64,000 nucleotides of DNA from Eledone cirrhosa (lineage: Eukaryota), in contig OZ024743.1 of the NCBI GenBank assembly GCA_964016885.1, positions 150,908,001 through 150,972,000 on the forward strand. Direction: 5' to 3'. Of this stretch, positions 24,171 to 39,004 are shown piece after piece. The translations under genes were made by a program, and so were the position numbers. Position 1 is the first letter of the stretch; every line of letters begins with the position of its first letter. Below the pieces are notes generated by a model. That model saw nothing but the letters and a program-made list of their open reading frames with translations, had not been told where the DNA came from and did not search any database.

Positions 24171-26149
24171 TTGTAGTTTTAATCTCAAATCCTATGATGG
24201 ACTTAACTTTCTAGAGAGAAATGTGCTTTTTAGCCAATTAATATACAAAAATCTAGTATAAGATTTTTGTGCACACCACAGCATATTTTATTTAGTTGAA
24301 AATAGAAAATAAACATAAATGGAATATCAAAAGAACAAGTTATATCATATGGAATTGGTTAATTTATATGGAAAATAATTTGAAATATGGAAAACAACAG
24401 ATTTGTTTTTCAATAAATAAAACTAATTATTGATTAATATTTTCTCGTGCTAGAAACTAAAAGTATCTTCACATATTTATTTTAATGAAAACATTTAGTT
24501 TAATATTACAATAGTGTAGTTAAATTACAAATTATAATCTGATTGTAAACACAAAATATTTCCAAAGTGACTGATATTTCATATACGTATTGGAATATAG
24601 GTCTACTTTCATTTTATTGTTGTTGTTTTGGGGGGTTTATTTTCATTTTTTGTTTTTCATTTTTTGTTTTTGCAGGAATATGAAAAGGGAAAATTGCTAA
24701 CAATTTCAATAAACATTTTTGTTGACAAAGGATATATTTTGTATTTCTATTTCTTTCGTGTTCCATATAAAAACAATATCAAATTTCAATAAAAAAAAAA
24801 ATGGAATTGAAAACATTTAGACAGCTCAAAAAACTACAACTGTCCAATAAAAGAAGTAATAATTAATTTTTATTACTGTATGCTACGGAAATGTTTTGAC
24901 ATTAGACTGTTCCTTAAACAATTGGAAAATGGGATTTAGCTATTTCATGACCCAATAGGATTTATAATTAACTCCTTTGTTAAAGATTTTTAGAAAAATA
25001 TTTTTATTGAGAGGGTTTTAATTTGTTCAATTTCATAAGAGAGTTTCTATAATAAGGATTAATAATATTTCCGGGACAAGCTTAAAATATTAAATTACAA
25101 TTTTGAAACATGTTAAACAATTATTATAAATACATCTAGAAAAAGACTAAGGTGTGACTGAAATAAGTTAAAGGTAAAATATTCAATAAATGAATGAAGT
25201 TTATTCACTTTTTCTACTTTACTGAATGAAAAATATTTTTAAAAGACTATTGAAATAGAAACTTTTATTCTATAAATTGTTCTTTATATTTCTTAATATA
25301 GTTCTCTAACCCTTTATATAATTCTTTAGATAATAATAAATTCCCTTTAAAGAAATCTACTATATATTTTTGAATAAAAATTAACAATGTATTTATGTTT
25401 CTGTTTAAATTATTCTAAAAAGAAATATTTGAATAAATGTTACAATAAAGAAAATCCGACATACATATTAAAGTAATGTTTTTATCACACAAATAATATT
25501 CCAAAGAGAAATTAAAAGATTTAACTTTCAAAAGTATTATACCCTTGGTAAATAAACTATATCAATTTTATATATAATTTTGAATTCATCAATTGTTGAA
25601 ATTAAGAACATGTTAACTATATATTTGCATTAATAAATAATAACGATGATGATGATAAAGATAAAAAAAAATCATCATTAGTTATTTTCTCTGGTAAAAC
25701 CGTATGTAGTAAATGCAGTTAGGTGCAGTGAAGAGTTTTTGAAGTTACAATCATAAATACTTATATCAGACCTAAATAATATTCATTCCATTCATGCTTT
25801 TAAAAATAATTGAGTCCATCAAGATTAAATTAATTTAAAGTTGAAAAAATAAACCTGAATCGAAAGTAGAATGGTAGATATATTTTACTTAAGATATAAA
25901 ACATCTAAAATATGTTTATTTTTTATGGCAAACTTACTTTACAAACAAATCTTAAATGTTAGATTCAGTTTGCTAAGTCTGCATCATTTTACATTGTGGT
26001 GTGTTTGTAATTTGTAAGTTTAATTATGTTTTTAGTGTTGCTACCATGGATGCAAAAAGGTAAATGAAGAAAAACTTTTAGAATAATGAGATGGTTTACT
26101 AGACAAATTTCACTCAAGATTACAGATATGTAATGCTACTACTGGAGTA

Positions 26150-28218
26150 TATTTTCTTCATCTTCGCCAACTTATTCCTGAGACGATCGTGGGGCAGAGT
26201 CCACCAGCATTCCTTCCAGTGGGTTGAGTCAGAAGCAACCATCTCCAATTGATTTTGTTGGATCCCCAGGCAAGACCAGCTGACCTCATGGATGTTTCCA
26301 ACCACCTTGTTCAGGGTCTACCCTTGGGTCTCTTGCTGGTTGGTTTTGCCCATAAAATCTGTCCAGCAATTCTTTCCTAAGACATTCTAACCAAATGCCC
26401 ATAATATCGGAGCTGTGATCTCTCAATTCGGAGAGGTAGTGGCTCTACTTGGAGCAACTCTCTGATCTTCGCTCTATGCACTCTATTGAGTAATGTTACT
26501 CCAAAGACCCTTCAGAGGAACCCCACTTTGACCACTTGTATTCATATTCTTTTGGCCATTACCCAAGATTCATGACCATAGGTTGGAGTTGGCACAAATA
26601 CTGAATTGAAGATAGCAAGTTTGGTTATTGCATTTAATTCCCTTCTTCTGATTACTGAATGTTGAAAATGGTGCATTACTGCATCAGGTCCTGCAATTCT
26701 TACATTTAATTCAGCCTCCTGCCTTCAATCATTTGTGAAAATGGACCTGAGATACTTGAACATCACCACCAGCTTCAGTAGAACTCTATTCACATGTAGA
26801 GTGTACTAGACAGGCTTCCTTAAGAGGATAAGTGTTTCAGTTTTTGCAGTACTGATGTTCATTCCAGCCATGCAGCACTCAGTATCAAACCTATCAAGTG
26901 CTAGTCGGAGATCACCTTTTGTGGAGTTGAGTAACACAATGTTGTCTGCAAACTCCAGCTGACTGATTTTACACCCACCTGTCATGATACCATTTCCAAC
27001 TCTGCTGTGCATGTCAATCCTGTTAATGAAAATAATGAACAGGAGATAATAGTATGCATCTTTGGTGAAGTCTGACCCCTACATTGAATGGTTTCAATTT
27101 AACACCATTTATCTGAGCACAAATACTCAAGCATTCATATATGTACATCAGGGGAACAAGAAGCTGACCATCAATCCTATACATCTGCTCAACTTTCCAC
27201 AGTATGTCCCAAGAAACGTGGTCATGTGCTTTTTCAAGATTTACAAAACAGGAATATACCTCTTGGCAATACTCCCACAATTTCTCGAAGACCTGCCACA
27301 GTGTGAATATTTGGTTGACTGTGCTGCATCCGGCCTGAAAACAACACTCTTCATGAAGCTAGCTTGAATTCAACAATCTCCCTACATATCTTTGCCAGAC
27401 ACTTAGTATAGACTTTACTGGTGAGGTTTAACAAGGAGATCCTTCTCTAATTGGAACAATCTCTCTTGTCTCTATTTTTGAAGAATGGGATTATTACTCA
27501 TGATTGCCATTTCTTAGGTGCCTCTCCAGAGATCCAGGTCACCTAACACACATAATCAGCCAGAGAATACCTTCTCTATTTAAGGCCTTTAAAATTTTTG
27601 GCAGGATTTCATCTTCCCTAGTGGCCTTGCCACATTTAAACTCTTTAATTGCTCTTGTGACCTGAGCCTCTGAGAGATTAGTCATTGCTCCCAGACAAAC
27701 CTCATGTACATCAGAAGATAGTTTTGTGATTGGGTTTAGGAGATCAGCAAGGTATTCTCTCCAACTCACAAGTATGAAACTTTCTGAAGAGAGAACCCCA
27801 GAAGGCCTTCCTGATAGCAGGTATTGAGGTGGACTTCTTATTATGAAGTCAGTGGATGGTCTGCCAGAACACTTTATTCGCTGAATCCAACTTAACCCAA
27901 AAGTCCTCCCATGTCTTAACTTTGGATGCATTTACTCTCACTGCTGTGACTTTTCATGCCAGCTTGTACTGCAAGTGCAAGAAAGAGGACTTATTTTCAA
28001 GCCGAGTTTTGTAAGCCCCCTTCTTTGCTCAGATGTTATCCTCATGCCATATAGCACACACCAATCCTCTTTTTCCCATATCATTTAACAGCTGAAGTAG
28101 AATCTTTTGAGCTAAACAGTCTCCACTCCATTTCACTATCCTCAGTTTGCTCAGGGTATTTTCTGAATTTAGATGCAATAATGTCTGCATACCTGGTCCT
28201 GACTTCATTATCTGCCTC
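26150..28218 (-). mobile_element. RTE family B, longest copy (degenerate RT to 3' end)
   Basis: ORFs 27539..27931 (KCGKATREDEI), 27023..27280 (CFVNLEKAHD, VGVRLHQRCILLSP) and 26806..27012 (LEFADNIV, GMNISTAKTE). Confidence 0.9.
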
Positions 28219-28219
28219 T

Positions 28220-28890
28220 TAACTCATTAGATGATCTCTGACATATACTTGAAATGTTTTCTGCTGAGTGCTGCATAGCAGGAATGAAAATCATTACTAC
28301 AAGGAAACGTGCACAGTGTACTCTACATATGAGTGGAATTCTACTGAAACAGGTGGAGGTTCAAGTATCTTGGGATCATGTTCATGAGTGATTCAAGGCA
28401 GAAGACAGGATTAACTGCAAGAATTGCAGGAGCTGGTGCAGTAATGCACCAGCTTTAGCATTCGGTCATCAAAAGAAAGGAGATAAGTGTAAAAGCCAAA
28501 CTCGCTATCTTTGATTCAGTAGTTTTGCCAGCTTTTACATATGATCATGAATACAACTAGCTGAAATGTGGACCTCTGAAGGTCTTTAGGATAAAGTTAC
28601 TCAATAGAGGGCATAGCTCAGAGGTCACAGCTTTGATACTATAGACATGTGCTTAGAATATCTAAGTAAATAATCGTTGGACAGATTTTACAGGAAAAAC
28701 CAGCCAGCTGGAGACCCAGGAGAAGACCCCAACCAAGAGGATTGGATAACATCCATCAGCTCAGTTGTTCTTGCTTGGGGATCGAACCAGATCAATTGGA
28801 GATAGTTGCTTCTGGCAGAACCCACTGGAATGCGTGCTTAAGGATTCTGCACCCACGACCCTCCCAGGAAAAAATGAGCAGAGAAGAATA
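28220..28890 (+). mobile_element. RTE family B 3' fragment, abutting the previous copy head-to-head
   Basis: Reverse-complement homolog of ~26150-26930 (FKYLG region through the GAGAAGAATA tail). Confidence 0.85.
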
Positions 28891-29015
28891 TAACTTATGT
28901 TCTGAATCTAGATAAGAACCAAATCCTCCTAAACTTTCTTTAACTGAATGATTCAGAATAACTATGTTTTTAGCATAAGAATATTTTATTGGGAGTGTAA
29001 TTTGTGAAAGATCTT

Positions 29016-30205
29016 AGTCAGCAGAATAGTTCATAGGCTGATCAAGACACTCATGGAATGTGACAAAATGAGGTTTATTTTTCAACATAATCTCCTTTGC
29101 AGGCAATACACTTCTTCCATTAGTGTTGTAGTACTTGGATCCCCCTGATAAAGAAGCTTTCATCCTGTTGGTCAAAAACGTCATCAACGGCAGATATGAC
29201 GTCATTATCAATGCTATACTGGTTCCCAGCCAAGTGTATTTATCATGTTGGGGAACAGATGATAATTAGATGGGGCCAAATCAGGAGAATAAGGCAGATG
29301 ATTAACCAGTTCAAAATCACAGTCATACACAGCAGCCATTGAAACTAAGGACTTGAGTGCTGGAGCATTATCCTGATGAAACAGGACCCCCTTTTGTCAG
29401 TTTCTCTGAGCATTTGGTCTCTATAGTCTTTTGCAACTATCTCAGCAAGTTGGCATAATACTCTCCATTGATGGTGTGACCCTTTTGAAGAAGACAATCA
29501 ATAAACACAATGCCTTTTGCATCCCAAAACACTGAGGCCAGCACCGACTTTGACATTCTTTGGAGCAGGTGAGGAGAGATGTTTCTATTGCATGGATTGT
29601 CTCTTTGTCCCTGGCTCCAAGTGATAAATACAACACTTCTCCTGGGTTAGAAAACGTTCAAAGAAACCAGCTGTATGTGTGTTAAACAATGTCAGATTTT
29701 CCTGAGGTGTGCTCAGCCTGGTATGCTTTTGATCAGGTGTCAGAATGCACAATACCCACTGAGCAGAAACCTTCATCATGCCAAGTTCATTGTGCAGAAT
29801 ATTCTCAACGCTTCCATGGGATATACTAATAACATTGGTTATTTGATTTATAGTCAATTACCTGTCACCCATCAGCATGTGGGACATCCAGACCTTGGGT
29901 CAACTTCAAGACTATGCCCACTTTTGCACAGTTCATAAAGCTGGAGCATCATCTCCTAATGTAGCAACCATGTCACATAAATGTTCTTGTGGGCTAAACC
30001 CTTTTTCTGCCCAATTTTGTCAATTTTCAAGAGAAGACGCTACTAGTTACTTTTGAAGTCTTCTTTGAACAGTCAGATATCAGTTTACCCCCAAACAAAC
30101 AATGCAGTTATTAATAAGAAGAGTTGAAATTATTGATGCAAGATTTCACAGCTCTAGCATCACTCCCTTATAGTCAACCTATGAACATTTTAGCCCACCC
30201 TCATA
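29016..30205 (-). mobile_element. Mariner (Tc1/mariner) DNA transposon, near full length, inactive
   Basis: ORF 29585..29857 reads ISHGSVENILHNELGMMKVSAQWVLCILT...FLTQEKCCIYHLEPGTKRQSMQ (WVP.LT and T.DE.W motifs decayed). TIR remnants GCAGAATAGTTCATAGGCTGA and TCAACCTATGAACATTTTAGC, with a terminal TA at 30204. Confidence 0.9.
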
Positions 30206-31507
30206 TATTGAAAAGAGAAGACAAAATATTATTCACAATTTTCTTACCAAAGGTTACACACCTTGCATATTTTAGGCACTTACTTTGAAGACTTTTCGAA
30301 GCAAAGTCTTCATATTTTCTCATTAATACAACCAAAATCAATTTAAACAGATATGATTTCAGAGCATTACATTACCTGCTTGATAAAGAGTGAAATCCTT
30401 CATTTTTATATTTATTATACTAACTTGAATATTTTCTCATGTAATATCAACCCCATTTTCCTGTACATTTAATCAATAACGTTCCCAAACTTTAGTTATC
30501 TACAGAAAGTTTGAGATGAGAAATGTAGATAGGTTGAATCTATTGCTTGGTTTCAATTATTTCTATAAATGTATTTATGCAAGCATTTCATTTCTTAAAG
30601 GTATCAGAAGCCATTAAAAAGTGGATAGAAATTGCATGTTTTTCCATGACATTCTCAATGTTTAACCTGATTTAATTCCTAATCTCTTTTCTTTGTAAAT
30701 CAATGCACTGAATATCTGATTTCAGTCCCTTTTCGGACAAGATATTCATGCTACCAAAATAAATGTTACCTCTTATTCTATTACATTTTAGGTTGGCTAA
30801 GCAGATATCCCTTTGCTACAAACAGGAAATGTTATAAACATGTGCTGATGCATGCTACTTTTCTTTAAAAGTATGCATTCAAAGTTAAATGCAATTGTGT
30901 TTAAGTGGCAAGACTCTCATGAAAGAATGATAGGTATTTCAAAAGAAGTGCTAACTAAAATGATTTAATGCAAACATAAACGTTCTCAGCACATAAATAT
31001 ATACAATTTAGTGAATTACATTGCTAAGTTTATATAAATGTATTTGTGTTTAGTGCAGTATTCTTATGTAAGAGATATAAAGCAGCTTGTACCAATACCA
31101 TACTAAAAAATTAATAGTAATATAAAAATAAATTTTTAGCACAAAATATATTATGCCACTTGAGATTAAAAAGGAATTCTAATCTTGAATAAATATGTTT
31201 GAGGAAATGTTCAAATTCCAAATAGCTGAATAGTATAATTATGATACAATAGTTACAATAAAATATATACCAAAGTAAAGGATTGTCTGTATACTAATAA
31301 GGATCATTGAATTGAAGGTTTTAATTCTACATATAATCAATAAAGCAACAGAGTTTAAATTGTATAAATGAATAAGTATTATAAACAATAACAAAAATAT
31401 AAAGGATATGTAGTAAATAAATACTAAAAATACAAGTTTAAGGAAAGTCATATTAAAAACATGATGATGATGGAAATAAAAAATAATAATGATAACAACA
31501 ACAACAA

Positions 31508-31640
31508 TAATGGTTTCTGATTTAAGCACAAGGCCAACGATTTTGGGGGTGGAGGAAACTCAATTAAATCAACCCCAACTGGTACTTTATCTATCGACAC
31601 TGTAAGGATGAAGGGCAAAGCTAACCTCAGTGGGATTTAA
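31508..31640 (-). mobile_element. Older relative of the young SINE (3' part) within trinucleotide repeats
   Basis: GCACAAGGCCA...CTGGTACTTTATCTATCGACACTGTAAGGATGAAGGGCAAAG...GGGATTT. Confidence 0.7.
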
Positions 31641-31829
31641 AATAATAATAATGATGATGATGATGATGATGATGTTGATAAAACAGGTGATATGCCATAA
31701 TACTAAAAACCTGTCCACCAATACAAGCATTATGACATTAACAGTAAAAGTGGTGAGAGATCAGAAATTACAGTGTTTGGTAATCAAAATTAGACAAAGA
31801 AAATATAGGGCTGGAGAAGACTTTACAGT

Positions 31830-32140
31830 CTGGCTTGACTTCTTAAAACTTCTCAAGTGCTGGTGCCACAATAAAATACACTCACTACACCGTGTAAATT
31901 GTTAGTGCTGGAACCATGATAAAATATACCCAGTCCACTCAGTAAAGTGATTGTGCTGGTGTTACAAACAATGCACCCTGTGTACCCTGTAAGGTGGTTG
32001 GCATTAGAAAGAACACCCAGCTATTGAAACCATGCCAAACATGGAACATAACAAGTACGATTGAACTTTAGCAACCCATCCAACTCACGCAAGCTTGGAA
32101 AGGGGACATAAAATAATAATGATGATGATGACGATGATCA
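31830..32140 (+). mobile_element. Degenerate RTE-tailed SINE
   Basis: Repeated GTGCTGGTGCCAC...CAC.CAG units, GTGGTTGGCATTAG, and tail CAACTCACGCAAGCTTGGAAAGGGGACATAAAA then (TGA)n. Confidence 0.65.
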
Positions 32141-32420
32141 TGGTGGTGGTAGTGGTGATGATGATTATGAAAACAGTGCTAATCATCATAGATGGCTAAG
32201 GTATAATCCAAAGAGATAATGAGAACCATCTCGGCAATATCTTAGGTGAACCATTTCTTCAGGAAATTGAAAGAAATAAGTATTGATTAGCACCAGATAC
32301 ATACTACAAAGAGCCTTCTCAATTTAAATATGAAATATAGAGTACCCGTAAATTAATGTGACATACATTAAAATTGGGCCAGCTCTACTTAATTTAAGCC
32401 ATACTTTATATACTCCTACA

Positions 32421-32570
32421 ATGAATGAATGAATGAATGAATGAATGAATGAATGAATGAATGAATGAATGAATGAATGGATGGATGGATGAATGAATGG
32501 ATGGATGGATGGATGGATGGATCGAATGAACGAACGAACGAACGAACGAACGAACGAACGAACGAACGAA
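32421..32570. repeat. Compound tetranucleotide microsatellite (TGAA)n-(TGGA)n-(CGAA)n
   Basis: Read directly. Confidence 0.96.
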
Positions 32571-34387
32571 CTATAATTAAAATAACGATTCTGCCAATTC
32601 ACCACTGAAATGGTTTTCTGAAATTTCATAACTGAATGAGTTGGTTGTTCATATAATGTATGAAGGTATCATTTATTTTCCTGATAATCATCTTGCAGTT
32701 GTTTCAGTGGTGATTAAATGCCTCTAAATTGAGCATGCTAGGTAACATTCTCCTTCCAATGTAAGTTATATTCTTCACCTATTCTGCTGCAGTGAATCAC
32801 TTGAGACTATGGTCATGGGAAATATTTCGAAGGACATACATATGCAGAGAGTATTAGTCATCTGCTTAGCTTTCTGAAGGAAAACATATTTGCTGCAAAG
32901 AGACATCTGAATGAAAATGGTATATCTTCAACCTATCAACTGACTTGTGTGTAAAAGTTGAGTCACATTTTGTTGTATATTAAGAAGATATGAAGTATGT
33001 CGTTTTGATTACGCAAATGTCAACAGATCTGATGGGAAATACAAATTAAAACAATGTGAAGACATTGTGTTAATATATAATATAGGTAAGGATGTCAATT
33101 AATGCAGACAGTTCAGAAGAATAGTGGTCGATTCAATTTCTACACTGCTGATGTAAGTATGACAGAAATTTGAGAACCAAGACATCTTGTGTTCATTAAA
33201 GGTTATGACTTCAGAGAGTGTGATTCAGATAGATGTTGTTAATGCAGGATGAAAGGTAATCAAATTGTCATGGGTGGTTGGAGAAGTTTTCTAAGCAATA
33301 GAGATAGCAGATGAATTGAAAAAAGTGGGCAAAGTATGGCTTTAGTCCAAAGTAAATGGAAATCTTTGTTAACAAAGTTTATGTGAAACAGGTGGGTTGT
33401 AGAGACAATGGATTCTATCTATAGCAATCTACACTTCAAACAAATAGATGGATTATTACAGTCTTTTGTATAGTATGATTACTTATATGACTGTATACAG
33501 TACCACATAAAATAGAATTTATATAATATCAATCTTACGTAAAGTGTTTTTTTTTTAATATGGATCTAATTTGAAGTAGTGCTTATAAATATTTAAAAAG
33601 TGTTTAAAATATAAATTGAATTAGTTACATGAATTATAGCAGCAAATCCAAAACAATACCATTATTAACAATAGACAATTCTACTCAAATTAAAACGTTT
33701 CTTTGACAGCATAATGAAACTAGAGTTCTATTGAAAAACACATTTTCATATTCTTAATTAATCAAAATAATTTGATTTTTCATTTAAAATTTCCAAACTG
33801 CTCTTTAATAACATCTGGTTGTGAAAATACTGTGTTAATTAGGGTTAGAGTAAAATGAAATAATGTATGCTTGTTATACTATATATAATAAACATGTAAT
33901 AAATAAGAGAAAATACAATTGAATAATAGAAAATTATTGATCTCTAATCACAATTAATAAATCACTATAGAAAATGCTATTGATGCTTTTATTGTTATAT
34001 AATTGACTAATTAATGCTGTAAATAAAACTGATAGATGTTAATGAAGTAGCAGAAACCTAACACCTATTTAGATGTTTCTATTTTGAAAAAGAAAATAGA
34101 TTAAAAGATTAAGAAATGAGTTGTAAAATTATCCAAACTCAACAATATTCTATTCTTACAATATAATTCAGTTGAATTGGAAATTAAAGTTTTAAAGTTT
34201 AATTCACTTTTTTAGCACAAAACATGGAATATTGTGATTCAATATTTTAGTAATTTTTATCCTTTGATGTTAATTGCTATAGTTTATGTAATATATACAT
34301 TTTCTTATAGTTATACAGCAAGGTTGTTAGGTCTTGTAAAATTTCGAGAGAAACTTTCAAGCTAAACAGCTGCTAGAAAAATAAAAA

Positions 34388-34734
34388 TAATTGTTTCTAC
34401 TTTTGGCACAAGGCCAGCAATTACCCAGTACATTACTGGTACTTTATTTTATCGACCCCGTATGGATGAAAGGCAAAGTTAACCTCGGCGGGATTTGAAC
34501 TCAGATCATAAAGGGACGTAACTATGCTGGAAAGCATGTCCGAGAAAAATAATTGTTTCTACTTTAGGCACAAGGCCAGCAATTACCTAGTGCATTACTG
34601 GTACTTTATTTTATCGACCCCGTAAAGATGAAAGGCAAAGTCAACCTCAGCGGGATTTGAACTCAAATCGTAAAGGGACGTAATATGCTGGAAAGCATGG
34701 CTTCCGACCCTCTACCGATACTGCCAATCCACCG
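34388..34734 (-). mobile_element. Head-to-tail pair of young SINEs (34388-34543 5'-truncated; 34549-34734 near full length)
   Basis: Both match 13203-13395 and both end in AAAAATAATTGTTTCTAC on the plus strand. Confidence 0.92.
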
Positions 34735-37700
34735 ATGATATATTATAACTAGATATCTGCCATCTGCTAGGCCACATAAATATATTTATTAGATATTACA
34801 TGAGACCTTGCTCTTTGGACAAAGATACAGAAAATAACATTTTAAAAAAAAGTTTATTTGGGATGAAATTCTTACAGATGAAATATCCCTAAATTTTTAC
34901 ATTTTTTATAGTTATCTCATATTATATTGGTAATATGTAGTCATACATATCATCATACATGATATTCATAGAGAATACTGAAAGATGATTTAGATTCATA
35001 ATTAGGAAATGTCTCGTGGAATTTCCAACCAATTCTCCTTTTTAATAACACCTTTTATTTTTTATTTTCAATTCCTTTGATTATATCAAGCAATTGAGAA
35101 ACTTAAAGTATGCAAGTTGATACCGTATATTTTTTATGTATAATAGCTATTATTCCACACATTTACAATCTATAAAAAAAATACTTATTCTCAAGTAACT
35201 CTTTTAATCTGTCATGAAATATCTGAAAATTATAGTCCTGGAATAAGGAACAAAATTCTAATAATTCAACCAACACTGTTAATTCTGAGATTTCTTATCA
35301 AGAACCATATTACCTTATTGTCTTTATTTTGTAAAAATAAGAAAAGGAATTCATTATATGGTGTTCCAGCATGGAAATGATGTTTTATCATTGCCTAAGC
35401 CATGATGGTTAAAACAAACTAAAGAACTATACAAAAAACAAAAAAATAGAATTTATAAAAGATGTAGATAAACTTGTGATAGATTTCTGAAAAGTTGCTA
35501 TTCTGTGTAAATATCAATAGTCGTTTTTTTTTTTTTATAAAACATTTGTTTTAATGTGTTGTGTAAGATATCAACAATGAAGAAATATTAAGAATAGTGA
35601 CACAAATTCTATGGTTCCATATACTTCAGTCAGAGAAAGAAAAGTAATGCTTGTGAATGTTTTTCCAGGACACTGAGACTGGTGGGAAGAAGGAAGGAAG
35701 TTATCCTGAGACTGACAAGAGATCTGCTTGCAACAAGGTGGACTGCTGAAAACATCTGAGTGACAGGTGGGATGTTTAATCAAGAAACAGATTAAACCTA
35801 CTATCTAAGTAAAGCAAACATTTTAACCATATATACATGCCTGCACCTAAAAGCATAATAGATTTTCCTTTGGCCAAGAAAGGGAATTAGAGAAATTGGA
35901 GTAGTAAAAGAATGTACTAACTTTAGTGATTTACTACGAAAAAAATTAAGATGTAAAAATCAGGTGTTAAATTGAGAACTGAATGAAGAAAAGTATGGAT
36001 GTTTATGGAATTAGAGAAGATATTTTATTCAAAAGTATATATAAATTATATATTAAGCCTAGAAATAACTACCTGAATGTTCAAAACAAGTATTACTCAA
36101 AATTTAGGCTGCAGTTCAATATTATATTACATGCCAGCTTATGATATAGCATATTTGTTTATTGTCTACACAAAATACTGCCTAACCTTTTTTACTTTAA
36201 GCAGTTGTGTAAAATTTTAATATTTTACTTCTCCTTCATTCATCCATGCACATGATTTAGATGTGTGCACTATTCTTTGTTTTTACTATAAGTTGAAATT
36301 ATCAACTATTACTGCTTTGAGGGATTTATTATTCTTTATTACAACTTATGTAGAGAATTTACCTTATAGTAATTTACATTTGAACTTACCATGATTATAT
36401 AATGGAAAAGTGAAACTAAAAATGGTTTATACATTATAAATTCAAATATGTTGAAAAGTTTAACAAACTCTTAAATTAAGATTCCTATCCCATTCGATAG
36501 GTAGATAATAAAATCCTGAATATTTCTTTTATTGAATGAGTTAAGAATGATTATGATTACTATCACTTGACACTGATTTTACATGTAAAAGCAATAAACA
36601 GGTTTTATTAAATACAAACTGATGTTTAATTCAAAGACACTTTTAAAAGGTTTATTGGAAAAGTATGAAACATAATTTTATAGCATTTCAAACATAAAAC
36701 ATTTAATATATACCTTTTTAAATGCTATGGTAATGATTTTCAAAGTATAGGAATTTGTAAAAATGATTTTTTTGTTTGAAACTTATAAATACCAGTATCA
36801 CTTAATAATATTTCAATTTTCGAATTTTTAACAAATTATATTTTCAATTAATTGAAGACTTAGATAATCATTAGTTTAATGAGAATACTTTCTTAAATAA
36901 AACAATAGAAAACAAACTTCGAGAGAAATTGTTTATCATTGTCAGTAACAAATGTTAAAACTTGAATTTAAGTAAAAATATTTTTTTACCTCATTTTTAT
37001 AGAAAATAATTTGAAAGCATGGTTAGTACTTATATTTGTATTCCTGTTTTGGTTTTGCAGGTTTTAAACATATGTTTGTGAGATAACTTAAATTAACTAT
37101 AGATTTTGAATTCAAATTATTCAAAGCATAATGCATGATGGAATCTTTTTGCAGATGTTATTAAAAATGCATTACTGGTTCCATATTTGCAGATTGTAAT
37201 AATAGCTGACAGAAATCCTCCAAAATGTCCATTTATCTCGAAAGATAATGAAATCCGAAGATATAAATAATAACACTGCATATTCATGAAAGAGATTTCT
37301 TCTTCACAATTTGTTTTAAGTCAGTTACATTGAAATGTTATCTAAACAGAAAATTATATGTAATTATTACATGAGCATGTCATAGATGTGTTATCGTACG
37401 TGCTCTGTTATTTAATGTTAAGTGCTGATTTCTTTATAAGATTTTTTTTTAATCCCTTTTTAAGATTGATTATTCTTAAAAAGTTTGACAGCTTACATCA
37501 TTCTCTATTCTTTCATAGTGCAAAGGTGAGGATGCTTTATCATAATGTAGCTAGGGTGTGCAATGGGAGGAAGAAATTAAGAATCCATTTGTACATTGGT
37601 ATTGAAGATGTTACAAATGTATTCATTGCTTTAAAAAATAAGCTGATTAATTACAACATATTTTATTGACTTCACTTATTTAGTTATAGAAATAATGTAT

Positions 37701-38159
37701 GCAACTTTGAAATTAGTAGATTTTGGATATGAAAAAAGTAATTTATCCTCAGTAGAAATTATCAATAAAAATTGAATATGAAACTATTTCTCTAAAAAAT
37801 AAAACACAGTAGAATCTGCTTTTATTAGAATTTTTATAAAATTTAATATCTATTTTGTATTTATTAGAATTTTTTCTAGGAATCTTGGACTTTTAGACTA
37901 AAAAGCAAAGTATGCCAGCATAGAAAATGGATATAAGATGATGTCGGGGGTGGAGGTGTTGTTGGGGATAATGATATTCTTGGTGGGGATGGTTGTTGTC
38001 ATCATTGTCATTGCTCTCATTGTAATCATCATCATGCAGTTGAAAAATATAGTTTTCATAATTTTCAAGTCATTTTTTATACTTTTTCATCAATACTAAC
38101 AGTATTTGAGCTGAAGCATTTGAGCCAAGCATTTGAGCTGAAAAATTCCAAGTATCAAA

Positions 38160-38400
38160 AACTTGTGGAGGGAGAAAGGAGAGTAGGCATTGCTATTTCC
38201 AGTTACGGTGGGCTGCAGGGGATTCCCAGCTCAGTTGGTATGGAGAATGTTCACTGCCATTGGAATGGCAGCAGCTTGCAGGGTGGAGAAGACAGTAGAA
38301 AGAGTCTCTTGTTGGTTATGGAGTAGGAGAAAGGAGATAAGCTAAGAACCAGGAAGAGTTTCAGATCCACCAATGGGAGGATGTTACAATTCAGGTTTGA
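38160..38400 (-). mobile_element. Possible ancient PLE RT C-terminal remnant
   Basis: A GC-richer patch. The minus frame PTRDSFYCLLHPASCCH...SPYQL loosely recalls the PLE motif KPTD...YL...S.H...IPYSQ. The match is weak. Confidence 0.25.
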
Positions 38401-39004
38401 AACACATAATAAACATTGGACACCATCTATATATATAAATAGAATAATATTTTCATCTTTTCTTACTTTAAACTCAAATTTGAAAATGAATTAAAAAAAA
38501 ACATTTGGAAGATTATTTTCTCAAATACATTATCTGTTACATATCTTAAGTTTAGATTTATCATAAACTACATCATAGAATTTATCATACCTTTAAAGAA
38601 AATGTATTTTGATAATTCTTGATATTTGAATAAGATGTAAATAGAACATTTTAAATGTATTAACAATATTAAATATGGAAGTGTCCTTATTTAATGCCAC
38701 TACACTCTAGATCTAACCATCACCTTCTCCACTGGAAACTCTTAGTTGATGCTACCATGTTCACTCTCCCCTACATCACTACATCACTATTGCCATCCTG
38801 CCATTTTGATAATGCAGTTTCTTTTTACTTAACCTCCTACCCACTACTAAAGACTGATATATAATTAACACACAGTCACTCTTCTTTCACTGCTATCCTA
38901 TTTCTCTGTTTCCTCTTAGGTGGAGAGAAAGAAAACAAAATCATAGCAGTATTCATTAGTAACCTACGATAAAAAGGTGAGATAAATTCAATAAATTTAG
39001 AATT

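Noticed and set aside
32620-33450. GC-richer segment that may be an ancient TE (likewise 40820-41200)
   Set aside because: No diagnostic motif was recovered in any frame.
37155-37270. Open frame after a strong plus-strand acceptor-like tract
   Set aside because: Short, with no donor and no recognisable protein.
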